From: Spizellomyces punctatus DAOM BR117
Taxonomy: Eukaryota
Length of the DNA: 64,000 nt
NCBI GenBank assembly: GCA_000182565.2
Contig: KQ257451.1
Reading direction: 5' to 3' (one strand)
The notes beneath the pieces are model-generated. The model was not told where the DNA came from. It ran no database searches and saw only the letters and a list, made by a program, of their open reading frames with translations. Shown here in pieces: positions 1-11,900 of the stretch (its first letter is position 1; every line of letters begins with the position of its first letter). The translations under genes and the position numbers were made by a program.

Positions 1-804
1 GATCCGTTTCCTATTTGCGAACGTTAATTTTAGAAGCGTTCTGCCGCCTGGAGTCACAAGCCAGGGCGTACATTCGTCAAGTATGTCTGGATCAGCTCTG
101 GGGCATCTGGGATCAGATATTCAAAATACTTGAAGATGGAGAAGATGGCCAAAACAGCATTTTTTCTGACATAAGGATGACGATGTTCCTACACACTGCA
201 TGAGCAATCATTGGAGGAATGGTTGATATGTATGGTTCTTACCAAGCAGGTGCGGACAGCTGGGACCAACGGCTCAAGTAACTCTGCTTCGCGAAGCTTG
301 CATAGAAATCTTAATGTGCTACCCCGCACAAATTCATTTGGATGGAGAATGTCCGTTCGAAGGTTGTTACTATAAGCCGCGGCAGAGACGATTGCTTCAG
401 TAACTTATCGTGGACCGACACCTCCTTGTTATCGTGAACTCACCAAACGAGCACCATTTCCTGCTTCAATTTTCCGTCAGGGTTCGTCTTGGGACAGATT
501 TCCCAGTAAATCAGTAGCAGCTTCTTGAGCGCCTTGTTCTTTGACGGCACGACAAATCGGATGACATGCATGAGCAATTGCGAAAGAGGGTCTCCATTCA
601 GCATGATAAGAAGGATCTTCTTCATGGTCTCAATCTTTTGTTCATCTTTGCCAGTCTCCAGCTGCTTTCGCAGCTCCTGTACGGTGGGCTGCTCCTTATC
701 ATCTAGCGGTAGTCGTTACCACGACCGCCTTGCAATACCATTCCAGCAGCGCGTCCTTACATACCATCCTGCTGGATTACAGTGTAGGCGTTCTGGTCCG
801 CCAT
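1..804 (-). CDS. COPB1: Coatomer subunit beta, 5' part (multi-exon; continues beyond the window start)
   Basis: ATG at 804 ([13 protein letters not shown]), intron 703-764, then [65 protein letters not shown], and later [28 protein letters not shown], typical of beta-COP/Sec26. Confidence 0.95.
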
Positions 805-1031
805 CGTGCGATAGTTTCACGCGAGAAAAACAACACCTCGGATGCCAGGATACGTTCCGCCTTTGTGTGCTTTCTGGGAAGGAATGAAACCCCCACGCGC
901 GGACGGAATCTAGTCTTGAGAGCGGTTCACGGCGTGTAGTTGCTTGCCTTTGGTGGCACGGGTACATCACGTGGACATGGCCTGCCTTTGCAGTGTCCAA
1001 TTTCTCGCCTGGGTAGAGATCACCAATTGAA

Positions 1032-3026
1032 ATGACCGAGGCGGAGAAAAACGACGCATGTAGCGGAGTCGCGGTCGATGCAGCTCAAGTATCCGACCTC
1101 AAACGACCAGTATCCGAACTATCTGATACTACTCCAGGGGAACATGATGAGCCAATTGGGAAGAAGATAAAGGTGGAGCCAATAGAGACCGCAACCGCCG
1201 ACGCCTGTGACACTGAAGAGCAAGTGACGAAAAGCCACGACGGTACCTTCGAATCAGCAGATCAGCAGGAAATCAAAGACGAAGGATGTAGCTCGCCGGA
1301 CGTGAAAACAAAGCAGCCATCGGCAAAAAAGGGCAGAAAGCAAGGTCGAGTTTGGGTTCCAAGAGAAGATACGGGAGAGCCTAAAGAACCAAAGCTACCT
1401 AAAAGAAAAGTGGCTCTTTTGATGGGTTATTGTGGAACTGGGTATAATGGAATGCAAATGTAAGCTTGCAGATATTGTCAGCCCGTGCAAAGGTCAGAGC
1501 TGACAGAGGGTGAATATGGTCATAGTAACCCTGGAGTAGAGACTATCGAGCTCGAGCTTCACAAGGCGCTGGCTGCCGCCGGAGCTGTTAGCAAAGATAA
1601 TGCGATGGACCCACATAAGGTTTTTGGTGCTTGATTTCACCCTACCATCGGTCGTTTCTTAAGCCGTCGTCAGATCGCATTCATGAGGGCTGCAAGAACG
1701 GACAAGGGAGTACATGCTGCTGGGCAGGTATGCTCTCTCAAAATGATAATCGAAGATCCGGATATTGTTACGAAGATAAACAGTCATTTACCTGAGCAAA
1801 TTCGTATTTGGGGTAAGCTATTGTAAAGCTTCTTGATAGTATACTCGGCTCAATATGAACTTTATGTTATAGGCTTTGTAAGGACAAATCGCTCATTCCA
1901 CGCCAAAAATGCTTGCGATGCACGTATCTACGAATACTTCTTGCCGACATATGTACTTCAGGCGGTAGATCCACGTCTGTATCCGTTGAGCGCGGTTGGA
2001 AAAAAAGCTGGCATAAAAGATGCACAACTGTCCTTTGATTATGTGGAGTTGCCAAAGACAGAGCAGAAAGACTTGGAAAACAAGCGTAGCTTCAGAATAG
2101 AACCAGAACAGCTTGACCTGCTAAGGTCCATTTTGAAGGAATATGAGGGAACGCACAACTTTCACAACTTCACAGTAAACAAACGTTTTGAAGACAGGAG
2201 CGCAAACCGCTATATTATCAGTTTTGAGGTATGGGCTTGGAATCGGGATATAGACCCTAACTATTTTGCTGACCAAGTGTGCAATACAGGCCAGCGATCC
2301 CATCATTCGAGGTGGCATCGAATGGGTGAAATGCAAGGTGCTGGGACAATCATTCATGCTTCATCAAATCCGAAAGATGATCGGTGAGTAAGCGACGGGC
2401 ACGCAGTCAAATCCATTTTCTCATATCAAGTTATAGGCCTCGCTATAATGATGGTCAGAACTGGAACTCCGGCATCGTTAGTGGAGCGGACCTTTGAGAA
2501 TGAAAAGTTAAACATCCCGAAAGCGCCAGCGTTGGGGCTCCTCTTGGATAAGGTAAATTGCCGTATCGTCAATTCTAGGTGTTGATGTTATTGTTGCTAA
2601 CCATCGCGTTGACATTTAGACATTGTTTCGAATGTACAACCAGAAGCGCTCCTCGGGAGAAGATGATGCCGTTGATTTCAACAAGTATCAGGTTAGGCCA
2701 TTCTTAGGTCTCAGTGTTTGTCAATAATCTCACCATGCTGTTGATGCAAGGATGTCATTGATGAGTTCAAAGAAAAATGGATATACTCCAAACTGGTACA
2801 GGAAGAGCTCAATGACGCCCAGTTCGACGAATGGGCGCGAGTAATTGATTCAAGATCGGCCGAATACGCGTGGTACTTCAACGACGACGCTACAATATCC
2901 ACTGAACGCAGGCCTCCTTATCTAGAGAAAGGGGCAAAAGGGTTAAAGTCAGATAGACCTCTTCCTCCCGGCGCCGTGGACCTGGTTGGAGATCTGGATG
3001 ATGATGCAGAAGGCGGAGACGAGTAA
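1032..3026 (+). CDS. PUS1: tRNA pseudouridine synthase 1 (TruA family), multi-exon
   Basis: [34 protein letters not shown] (catalytic Asp), [36 protein letters not shown]; stop TAA 3024-3026. Confidence 0.95.
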
Positions 3027-3089
3027 AGCGAATGTAGGAGGGGTTAGATGCTGACACTATATATTTAAAATTACTTCTGCATGTTTTAG

Positions 3090-4194
3090 CTACGCTAATC
3101 CGTGTGAGCGTAGTCGGAGAGTTAGCTCTTCGATACGACGGTCTTTGAGGTCTACCAATTGCTCGAGCTTGCATATTTTGAGTTGCAACATCTGTAATAG
3201 CTTGGTTTGTCAACGGTTATCCTCTGACAATGGATGCATTATCAGACATTACCTCGACCGTTTCTTGAAGTTCTGCCACCATATCGTGCTTGTGACCATC
3301 ATAGAGATTGCTCTTATGTTCCAAAAACATGTTGGAGGGATGTTCTTCTGCAACGATATGTTCAGCGATCAAATCGTTCTGGGCTTAGTTTCGGTACTTG
3401 CCACTCATCATTGGCATACTCGCTGTTGCCATCCCTACGTGCGTAACAGGTGGGACTGAATCCAGTGGTGCTTGAGATTTCGGAGGGGATACATAATCTT
3501 CACGACTCACAGATGCCTGCCACCCGTGCGAGTGCGAGCCTGACCTAATTTTGGTCATATCATTGTATGACGACCGGTCAAGGGCAGATGTTGACCTTAT
3601 AGCTGAGTTATGCTGCCGGACCTGTCGGGCTAGATAAGCATCGATCTATCGAAAAGTGTTAGTGGGAGCCGGTACGCTATCTGGTCATCAGCTCGGGAAC
3701 GGTATTCTTGCATCGCATTCTACCTTTTGTCTGAGGCCATGTAATAGGTATTCAATGCAACCTGGCCGATTCGATGCTACGTTTTGAATCAGTTCCTCGC
3801 TAACATGGTATCCAATCTTTCGAAAAACTTTTTCTGGTGATCATCATATCGCACGGTAGATAATCAGCTGGATGGCCAGTTCATCCTGATCAAATGTCCC
3901 TTACGATTAAGTGTTTTCCAATTATAAAGCTTTTGGGCCATTCCATTTGCCGGAGGGTAATTGTGTAAATCTACTAGTTTTGGCAAGAAATGCCGAACAA
4001 CTTCTGCTGCCGCAACTGTCAAACGGACTTTAGCAAGAATGAAGGAAACAGCAGTATGATGACAATTCAATGGCCTTACCCGCATCGCTGAAATCTCGCT
4101 GGATGTTGCGCTTTGGCCTTGATAAAGGGATCTCATCTATCCAAGCGTATAGGTCGTCCTCGTCGATCTCTCCAGGTACGAGCTGAGACATCAT
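3090..4194 (-). CDS. SPEF1: Sperm flagellar protein 1 (CH-like domain plus C-terminal coiled coil), multi-exon
   Basis: LYAWIDEIPLSRPKRNIQRDFSDA / AAEVVRHFLPKLVDLHNYPPANGMAQKLYNWKTLNQKVFRKIG; C-terminus LQLKICKLEQLVDLKDRRIEEL. Middle exons not fully resolved. Confidence 0.88.
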
Positions 4195-4429
4195 CGGATT
4201 TCCATTAGATCGTTAAAGTGACACGTTGGACCATCGCGACATCCCAGATTACGTGTACGTGATCGAGCATTTTGCAACATGAACGCTTTCTGCGTGCGGA
4301 TACTAGATTCGCAGCTGCAATAGCTCCAAGTACCTCCTTACGGGCTGTCAGCACATGTAAAAGTTACTTGTAGTGTATTACTATGCCGGACGGTCACAGA
4401 ACGTAAAAAGAAAGTCAATTTGCTATTAA

Positions 4430-4500
4430 TGCGTCCTCCTCGTTTGAACACTCGCTTTAGATGTTACAGTCTAACCCTCTTCCAGTTGAGCTAAGGGCGC
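4430..4500 (-). pseudogene. tRNA-like unit 1 (Phe-like body, 8-nt anticodon loop CTGTAACA, damaged T-arm)
   Basis: Minus strand GCGCCCT TA GCTC AACTGGAA GAGG G TTAGA CTGTAACA TCTAA AGCGAGTG TTCAAAC GAGG AGGACGC A; T5 run at 4405-4409. Confidence 0.75.
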
Positions 4501-4588
4501 TACATGCCATTGTTTGGCGAATAATATTCAGCAAGGAGACTTTCTGTACGCACAAGTACTAAGTGAAAGGACCAAAAAACCCATGCAT

Positions 4589-4654
4589 AGCTGCCTCCGT
4601 GATTTGAACACCGAACCTTTAGATGTTACGGTTTATCACTAGAGCTAAGAGACC
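4589..4654 (-). pseudogene. tRNA-like unit 2 (D-arm partly deleted, 8-nt loop CCGTAACA)
   Basis: GGTCTCT TA GCTC TAGTG ATAAA CCGTAACA TCTAA AGGTT CGGTG TTCAAAT CACGG AGGCAGC; T6 run at 4574-4579. Confidence 0.7.
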
Positions 4655-4975
4655 TCTGCTGTTTTATAATAGATGTCGTCCTCCAGATTGGGGAGGTGCG
4701 CAAAGTAGGCCGCCGAATGAAAGAACGAAAAAAAAAAAGCAGGTCACGACTCACGGGAATGCTCCTTCCCTTTGAGCCAGAGCTTACATATTTGTTCTTC
4801 CTGTTCTTGAATAAGTGATCATCAAGAGAGAAACGTGCGCTCGTCCCGTTGAGACAACAAGGGAAACGGCAATTACTGTTCGATGGACTGCGCTACATGT
4901 ATCCAGACTGGAGCTGGTATCAGAAAAACTGATCCGGCCACAATCACAAAAAAAGAATCCCTAAAGACACGGTCA

Positions 4976-5051
4976 TACTCCCTTCCGTGATTCGAACACG
5001 GAACCTTTGGATCTTAACGGTCTAACGCTCTACCAATTGAGCTAAGAGAGT
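4976..5051 (-). tRNA. tRNA-like unit 3 (near-complete cloverleaf, 9-nt anticodon loop CCGTTAAGA; isotype undetermined, possibly a pseudogene)
   Basis: ACTCTCT TA GCTC AATTGGTA GAGC G TTAGA CCGTTAAGA TCCAA AGGTT CCGTG TTCGAAT CACGG A AGGGAGT A; intact A and B boxes; T7 run at 4948-4954. Confidence 0.75.
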
Positions 5052-5215
5052 TTCCGTATGCACTCTTTTCGTTTTGCAATGTAAGCTCAAAGGAACATAT
5101 GGTTAGCTAACAAGTGGACGTGCATCCAGACTGGCCAGGTACGCACATGTAGGCCCAGGAAAGGAAGAATGGTCCGAACACCGCGGAGAAAAAAGCATAT
5201 TGGTCTACGTGATGA

Positions 5216-5296
5216 TGCTCCCTTCCGCGATTTGAATACGGGTACGGAACCTTTAGATCCTATGGTCTAACGCTCTACCAATTGAGCTAAGGGAGC
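5216..5296 (-). tRNA. tRNA-like unit 4 (8-nt loop CCATAGGA, 6-nt duplication before the T loop; isotype undetermined, possibly a pseudogene)
   Basis: GCTCCCT TA GCTC AATTGGTA GAGC G TTAGA CCATAGGA TCTAA AGGTT CCGTACCCGTA TTCAAAT CGCGG A AGGGAGC A; perfect 7-bp acceptor, D and anticodon stems; T6 run at 5189-5194. Confidence 0.72.
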
Positions 5297-5957
5297 GTAC
5301 AGGTTGTCTCCTTTCGGTTTTCATTATATCACATCTCAAAGCATGCCGATTGGAAGCGGGCACACTGCATTTCCTGTCCGACTACATGCTTGTAGACAGT
5401 GCCAGATATCCGGAGGCGCCCTGCCTCTAACACTGAAGGGAAGATTTGGTCTTTCGTGCTAGATAGTGCTATTCAAGCAGCCCTAGCTGCCGAGATTGTT
5501 ACAGTCTTCCAATGGATTGCGTCTAATACAGTACATTTGCCTCTTTCGTTCCTTTGGAACATTTAAAGGCGCTTTTTGGGGGATGCGCGCATCCCAGCAG
5601 CCGAGATAGCAAAAGCTCATCCATGATGGTGGTCGCTGTAAAGGAACAAGGCACACGATTATCGCCATGTGTCGTATCGAATTGAGGATCTCGGTCCATG
5701 GTGCTCGTAAAAAAGTCATGTCCCTCCAAAAATTGTAAACAAACCAGACAAATGCGCAATACACTCTCCAATATACTACAAATAACGCGCACAAAAGTAT
5801 ACCCTAAAAAGCCTTTGCCCCAGAAGAAATCAGCAACTGTATGACCCACATCATGACCCTCGAGAGAGAACCCAAAATTATACAAAATAGAAATGAAAAA
5901 AAAATGGGGAATATCCAAATCACCAGCAACCGATCATCGTGTCTCAGACGCAACTTT

Positions 5958-8900
5958 TCACCCTTCCGTTGTCCGTGTGCTCGCCATCACATTATTTTCG
6001 TCTCTGTCTCCGCTCCTCCCTCTCCCGCTTACCCTCCTTTTGTTTCGCCCGTCTCCGTTTCCGTTCCTCCAGTTCCTCCGCGTAAAGTTGTAGAGCCCTC
6101 AACAAGTGATTGGGATCGGTCTCAATAGCTGCACCAAGAGACTGAAGAACGCGGGAGAAGCGGGATCGGGTTAGGTAGAGGATGGATACTGCGTTCTATT
6201 GTGTGCGAGTGAATTGCATGAGCATGTTGCGTATGGGGGAGTGGGTTAGTAGAAACAAAAGGACATACCTCAATCCTAGCGACAAGCCCTTCCAAAACTT
6301 TAATTAAGCCCTCCCGATCTGCTTCCTCAACACCTTCAACAGCCCAATCTCCCTCCGTGTCTTCTGGAGGCGTAATGGAATTCGACTCGTCTTCTTTCCA
6401 TTCATCACTGCATCGGGCGGCGAGATACTCTAATCGAAGACAGATGCAGGCAAGTGTTCGGAGTGTGTTGCGGTCGAGTTTGTGGACTTTTTCGCGAGGT
6501 GGTTCGTCGGCTTTGCGTTGAGGCTGTGTTTTTCCGAGTGAGTTTATTTTATGCTATGCGAATGACGATAGAGATGCAATATTACCTGTGCCATGAGATT
6601 CAACCCTCCACTCTGTTCCAATGCAAAGAACCGATGTCGCATGAACAAGTCTCGTCGGTAAATCTGCAAGTTAATGTTTAAGATTCATCGCCAGTATGCC
6701 AAGAGACCAAAATATACCATACCGCATATATAACTTCCGGCGTCTCCAACCCCTTCAGCTTGACCTCTCCAATACACCATGTCACAATCCCCAACTTTTT
6801 CAACCTTGCCACCTCCTCCCCACCATCCACAACTTCGGTCAAGTCCTTGCCGCTCTTGACGCCCTCCCCGACACCACCATCATGCTCCCACCAGCCCAAG
6901 ACATGTTGGAGTTCCTTCATGGCGTCCGAGGAAATGAGGACCTGTCCACCTTGTGAGGCACCGGTGACACGGGCCGCGCGGTTGACCATTGGGCCGTAAT
7001 AGTCCATACGAGACGTAATGGGATCCACTTCACACAGAGGTGCACCGAAATGGATGCCCATGCGGACAGAAAGACCTTTAAAGATCAGCTCGCGTTGTTT
7101 GCGCGGCCGGCCGTCCCCACGTAATCGTCGTCCATCATCGGTCAATTCCACTTCCATATCCGATGATGCGTCCCCGCGGTCTTCCTCATCCCCTAATCCA
7201 GCACCCGAGACAAATTCTGTGGATCCGTTCCGTTGCCACCAAATATCACTTCCGTCCACCATGGCGAGAATCTCGGCTGGCCAATCAATGTTCAGGAGTT
7301 CGCCTTGGACAGTCAAACACCAATCCACTGCGTTGGCAATATTTTGAAAGGAGACCATAAAGGCGTCGCCTTCGGTTTTGACTTCGTATCCCCCGGTTTG
7401 GCGCAACAGACGGCGCATGACCGTGTGGTGGAGACGGAGAGCAGCTCGCATGGCGACAGGATTGTTCTCCCAGATGGAAGTCGAATTTTTGATATCGGTA
7501 AACACCAAAGCAAGACGTCCAATTGGGGGTGCAATCTCCTTGACGAGTAAATCCACCTCCTCACCAGTTTTTTTGCCCTTTTTGACACTTCCGCCTTCTC
7601 GTCGCGTCCGATCCTCAACACTGAGGCTCTCACTCGAGCTCTCTGCACTCCCGCGTCTAGCGCCCGCCGCATTCCACCACGCACTCTTCTTGGCTAAGTC
7701 TCTCAACCCAAGTACCATGACCAGATACCCACCTCCAACGCGTCCACCACCAAGTGACAGCGCCACATCGCGAACCTTCATCGCGGCGGTACTCCACCCT
7801 CCAGATGTTTTGGGGCTCTGTTGTTGATGGGCAGCGAGGTTGGAAGAGCTCTTTGTCATGCCGATGCCGGTGGAGGAGGGCGTTCCGCCGACACTGCCAG
7901 AGACCGTCATTCCCGTAGCTGTACCTGCCCCCGTGGGGTTCGCCGGTGCAACCGCTGACCGAGCAATGTCCACCACCATCTGCGCACCGTCTTCGTACGT
8001 TCCACCGCACTTCACGGCCCGCCAAACGGCGCCACTAGCCAACACCACAAACTCATCTCCGCCCCCCGAAGTGGCAGCAGCGGCAGGATGCTGGCCTGCA
8101 CCCGCATCAACACCACTCTCATCCTCGACACTCGGTGCAGCCAGGTGATGTTTTCGCGATTCCACGCTCTCTTCCCGTTTTAACAGTTCCTCATCATCTC
8201 CCACTTCCAATTCCACAGTCTGAATCCATGGATCGGCATTCACGGCACCTAAAAACGGAAAGAAGCCAAATCCACGCAAGAGATCCACTTCGCCTTCTAA
8301 TTTCCCAGAGGAAGCAAACCATCCGCTTGCGTTCTGCACGCGCTCTATTTCCGAAAGGGACCATGGGATGGGGTCCGAGGCATAGAGTGAACGCTTTTCG
8401 AGCTCTGCGTCGGATCGTTTTGTGGGTTGATTCCCACCACTTGTCGGAGCAGCCGCGGCAGCAGCCGCCATCTTGGCGTGCAGCCTTCCCGCCTCTGCTC
8501 GACTCAATCCCGCCAAATCCAATACATGGTGCTTGGCGAGGACTTGAGCGAGACCGCCCGCCTTGGACATGACCACCATACCGTCTCCCACGTTCGCGAT
8601 ATACAATGTACACTTGGCACCAGCGCGTCTGTGAGGGGATCCATGTAAAAAGACGACCAGTGCTGACGCGCCGTACAGAAGGCCTGGGTGCCCTTTGCCG
8701 TTTTTAGAGCGTCCCATGGTTTGGTCCCATCGCTTGGATTCAGAGGAACTCCTGGGTTGGTGGTGGTATGCTTGTGGGCCAGACGAAGTCGCATCGTCAA
8801 TTTCGTCTCCCATGCTCCCTAACTCGCGGTTCACGGCAATAAAAGTTCGTCTAAGAGCCGTTGTGATCCCATTTGCGTCCAGCGCGCCAGAGCGGGTCGT

Positions 8901-11900
8901 GTCAGCAGGGATGGGTGTACGCTGTCGAGGTACATGGCGGACACTGCCTGGTGCGGATCGATTGCCTGAGGCATTTCCGGTAGCGTTCCCAGTCCCAGGA
9001 GAGGGACCGGAATCACCTGTGGGACTTTTCGTCAAACCTAAATTGACCCCACCCACCTCAGAATGCCGTTCCCGCCCATGCGATGGCTCCTTTTCCAATT
9101 TCTCCAATTCATTGGCAAGAAACCATCCAAACCACTCATTCAAATATTTAGCCATGCGCGCACCACCATGCGTACCGCGTCCGTCGAAAACGGCAAAAAG
9201 CGCTTCATTATCTTTCCCCCGGAACTTGGGAACAACAAGGTCCCATACTTCGAATGTATCTGCATCGCCCTCACGAGTCGTGTTGGGGGTGGTGGTGAAT
9301 CCAATCGCGGGGATAACGTCTTTGGGATTGGGCCGCGTCAAGCAGTCTGCGACACCGTACCGTACCGAACCAGATGGGATGCCAACCATGGGGACTTCAG
9401 ACCCGGTGGTGCGAATCCGCCTCTCCGAACTCTCATCCGGCGGAACAATCAAACACGTGACATCCATTAACCCCAGCAACCGCAAATTGGTCAAAGCGTT
9501 GAAATCCGTTAGATCTCTCCGTCGTTGGGAGGGATTTGCGACCAATGCTCCGGATGTTGCTGGAGCTTGGATGGCGCCGCCTCGGGCTCCAATCTTGTGT
9601 GCAGCGGCAGGGGAGGGCGTGTTCCCAGCGGGCACAGAGTCCGTAAGGAAACTGGAGGCGTTGTTAGTAGAGGGCTTGATTTCCAGACGCTTGTTGCCAG
9701 AAAGGTTGAGGTACTTGAGATCCAAGTTCCAGTTCCTGTACCGATAACATGTCAATACACTATAATATCACCGTCTTCACCGAGCAAAATACACAACTCA
9801 CCAATTCCAATCATACGGCCAATTCGAGACATTATACCTCAACCCCGTTCCCTCACCGCGTCCACCAACTTGACTCCCTAAGTCAAGCGCTTCAAGCCCT
9901 TTCAACTTGCCAACTTCACCCGGAACCGTACTCAATTTATTCCCATTCAAAAATAGCAACTTCAAACTCCGCATGCGCTCAATCTCGCCTGGGAGAGTCG
10001 CGATGAGATTGCCTGATAAATGGAGTTCAACCAGTTTCTGGAACCAGGGTGTCATTGGGATCGGAACGGGGATGGCGACGACCCAGGGAGTTATATCGGT
10101 GATTTCGTTAAAGGAGGCGTGGAGGATAGTTAGGTTGGGGAGGTGGTACAGGGCCATATAGAGATCATCAGAAAGATGGTTTTCGGAAAGATAGAGTTGT
10201 TCAAGAGAATGAGAAAGTGGGGGGAGAGTCACGACTTGTGAGGAAGGTGTAGCAGTAGGAGGTTGCGCCATCGTGAATTCATCAGCTTGCCCAGGAGAGC
10301 GTCCATAAAGATTCAAAACTCCCCCTCGTTCCCCGAAACTTCCGCCAAACGAAAATGCACCTCCGCGTCCAAATGTGACGACTTGTCCTGAGACGAGGAC
10401 GGTACCATCCTCTGGTAGCGGCGTCGGAAAGATTTCAAGACGATTGGAAGTCACATTGAGGATTTTAAGACTCTTGCAGCGCCAAATGCCAGCAGGGAGT
10501 TCGCGGAGATTGTTGTTTTTGGCGTCCAGGTACTGGAGTTTGATCAGTTCGCCGATATCATCTGGGAGGTATTCCAAATAATTATTGGCGACATGCAGCT
10601 CTCGAAGAGACAGACGGACTGGCTCGGATGTTTTGTGAGCTGTGAAATCCGGGAGCTCTTTAAGTCTGTTCCCAGAGAGATTGAGAACCTGTACTCCAGG
10701 AAGTCGCTGAAAGAAGCGCTTGGGGAGGGCCTCAATCCCACAATATCCGATATCCAATTCAGAGAGCGATCCAGAGAGATTAACGAGTCGGAAGACCATG
10801 GACCGGTCATTGTGGGGGTCAAATTGGAAACTCATGGAAAGGTGTTTCAGATTGGGACACTCGAGAGACTTTGACTCCGTGGCTTCTTCAGACGAATCAT
10901 TATCAGATTCCTCTGTCCGCCGATCAGTATTCCAATCACTCCATTTTCCAACCCACCGAACCCGGTTCGCGTCCAGCTGCACAGTCTCTAACTTCTTACA
11001 CCGACATAAAACTTCCATGACCATTGATTCCTCCCCACCTGCATTCCCAAACGAGTTGCCACGTAAATCAAGTTCACGCAAATCCTGAAGCTCACCCAAA
11101 CGCCACGGAAGACCTCCGTACATACGATTGCCAGCCAGCCGTAGCGAAATTAAATGACGCAGCTCGCCAATCGCATCGGGGATCTTCGCTTTTATGCGAC
11201 AAAAGGAGAGGTCAAGGTGCTTGAGCGATAGACCCAAATACCGGCACAAATCTACCGGAAAGGACCTGAACCGATTATTCGACAAGTCAAGCAGCTCCAA
11301 TTTCTGGCATCCCCGTAATAGGTCCTCTGGAATCCGGTCAATCAAGTTACCACCCAAACGCAGCTTCGTCAATCCAGCCACAGATTCAAGTCCTGTTCCT
11401 TCGAGAGAAGTAATCCGATTGTATGACAAATCCACCTCTGAAAGCGTTCGAAGCGATTTCAGTGATTTTGGTACACGGGCGATTTCGTTCCGTGCTAAAG
11501 ACAGCGCGCGGAGCGATTCCATGGCTTGGGCAAGGTCGTTGGGGAGGTCTTGAATGTTGAGGTTGCGCGAGAGGTCGAGGTATCGAATTTCACTAGCGAA
11601 ATGAAACAATGCGACGGGGACGGTGGAAATGTTGAAACCGGACAAGGAAACGAGGGAAGTGTTGAAGGCGGGGGATCGCCAATAATCCGGATGCTAACGA
11701 AAATAAAAAATTTAAAAAGCACATAGGAACGATCTAGGCTACGGCGCAACTCACAATCTCAGTTCCGGTTGAAATCTCCTTGAAAACAAACCGACACAAA
11801 TAAGAATTGTCTTCGCGTCCTAATAGCTCGATCTTGTCTGCCGCCACATATCCTAGCTGCTCGAACAAACGTCGCTGAATTACGAGCGGTCGTTCGGTTC

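Noticed and set aside
4430-5296. Calling the units ordinary tRNA-Tyr(GTA), tRNA-Asn(GTT), tRNA-Met(CAT) or tRNA-Sec
   Set aside because: Loops are 8-9 nt, the bodies are Phe-like, there is no C1-G72 Tyr identity pair, and no TCA anticodon or long variable arm
5483-5918. Minus-strand ORFs of 103 and 131 aa downstream of CYR1
   Set aside because: Composition fits a T-rich 3' UTR or intergenic DNA, with no ATG-plus-domain support
8695-9747. 350-aa antisense ORF and other long shadow ORFs (23639-24436, 27627-28445, 51486-52181)
   Set aside because: They lie opposite well-supported genes, have no recognisable motifs, and are expected from codon bias
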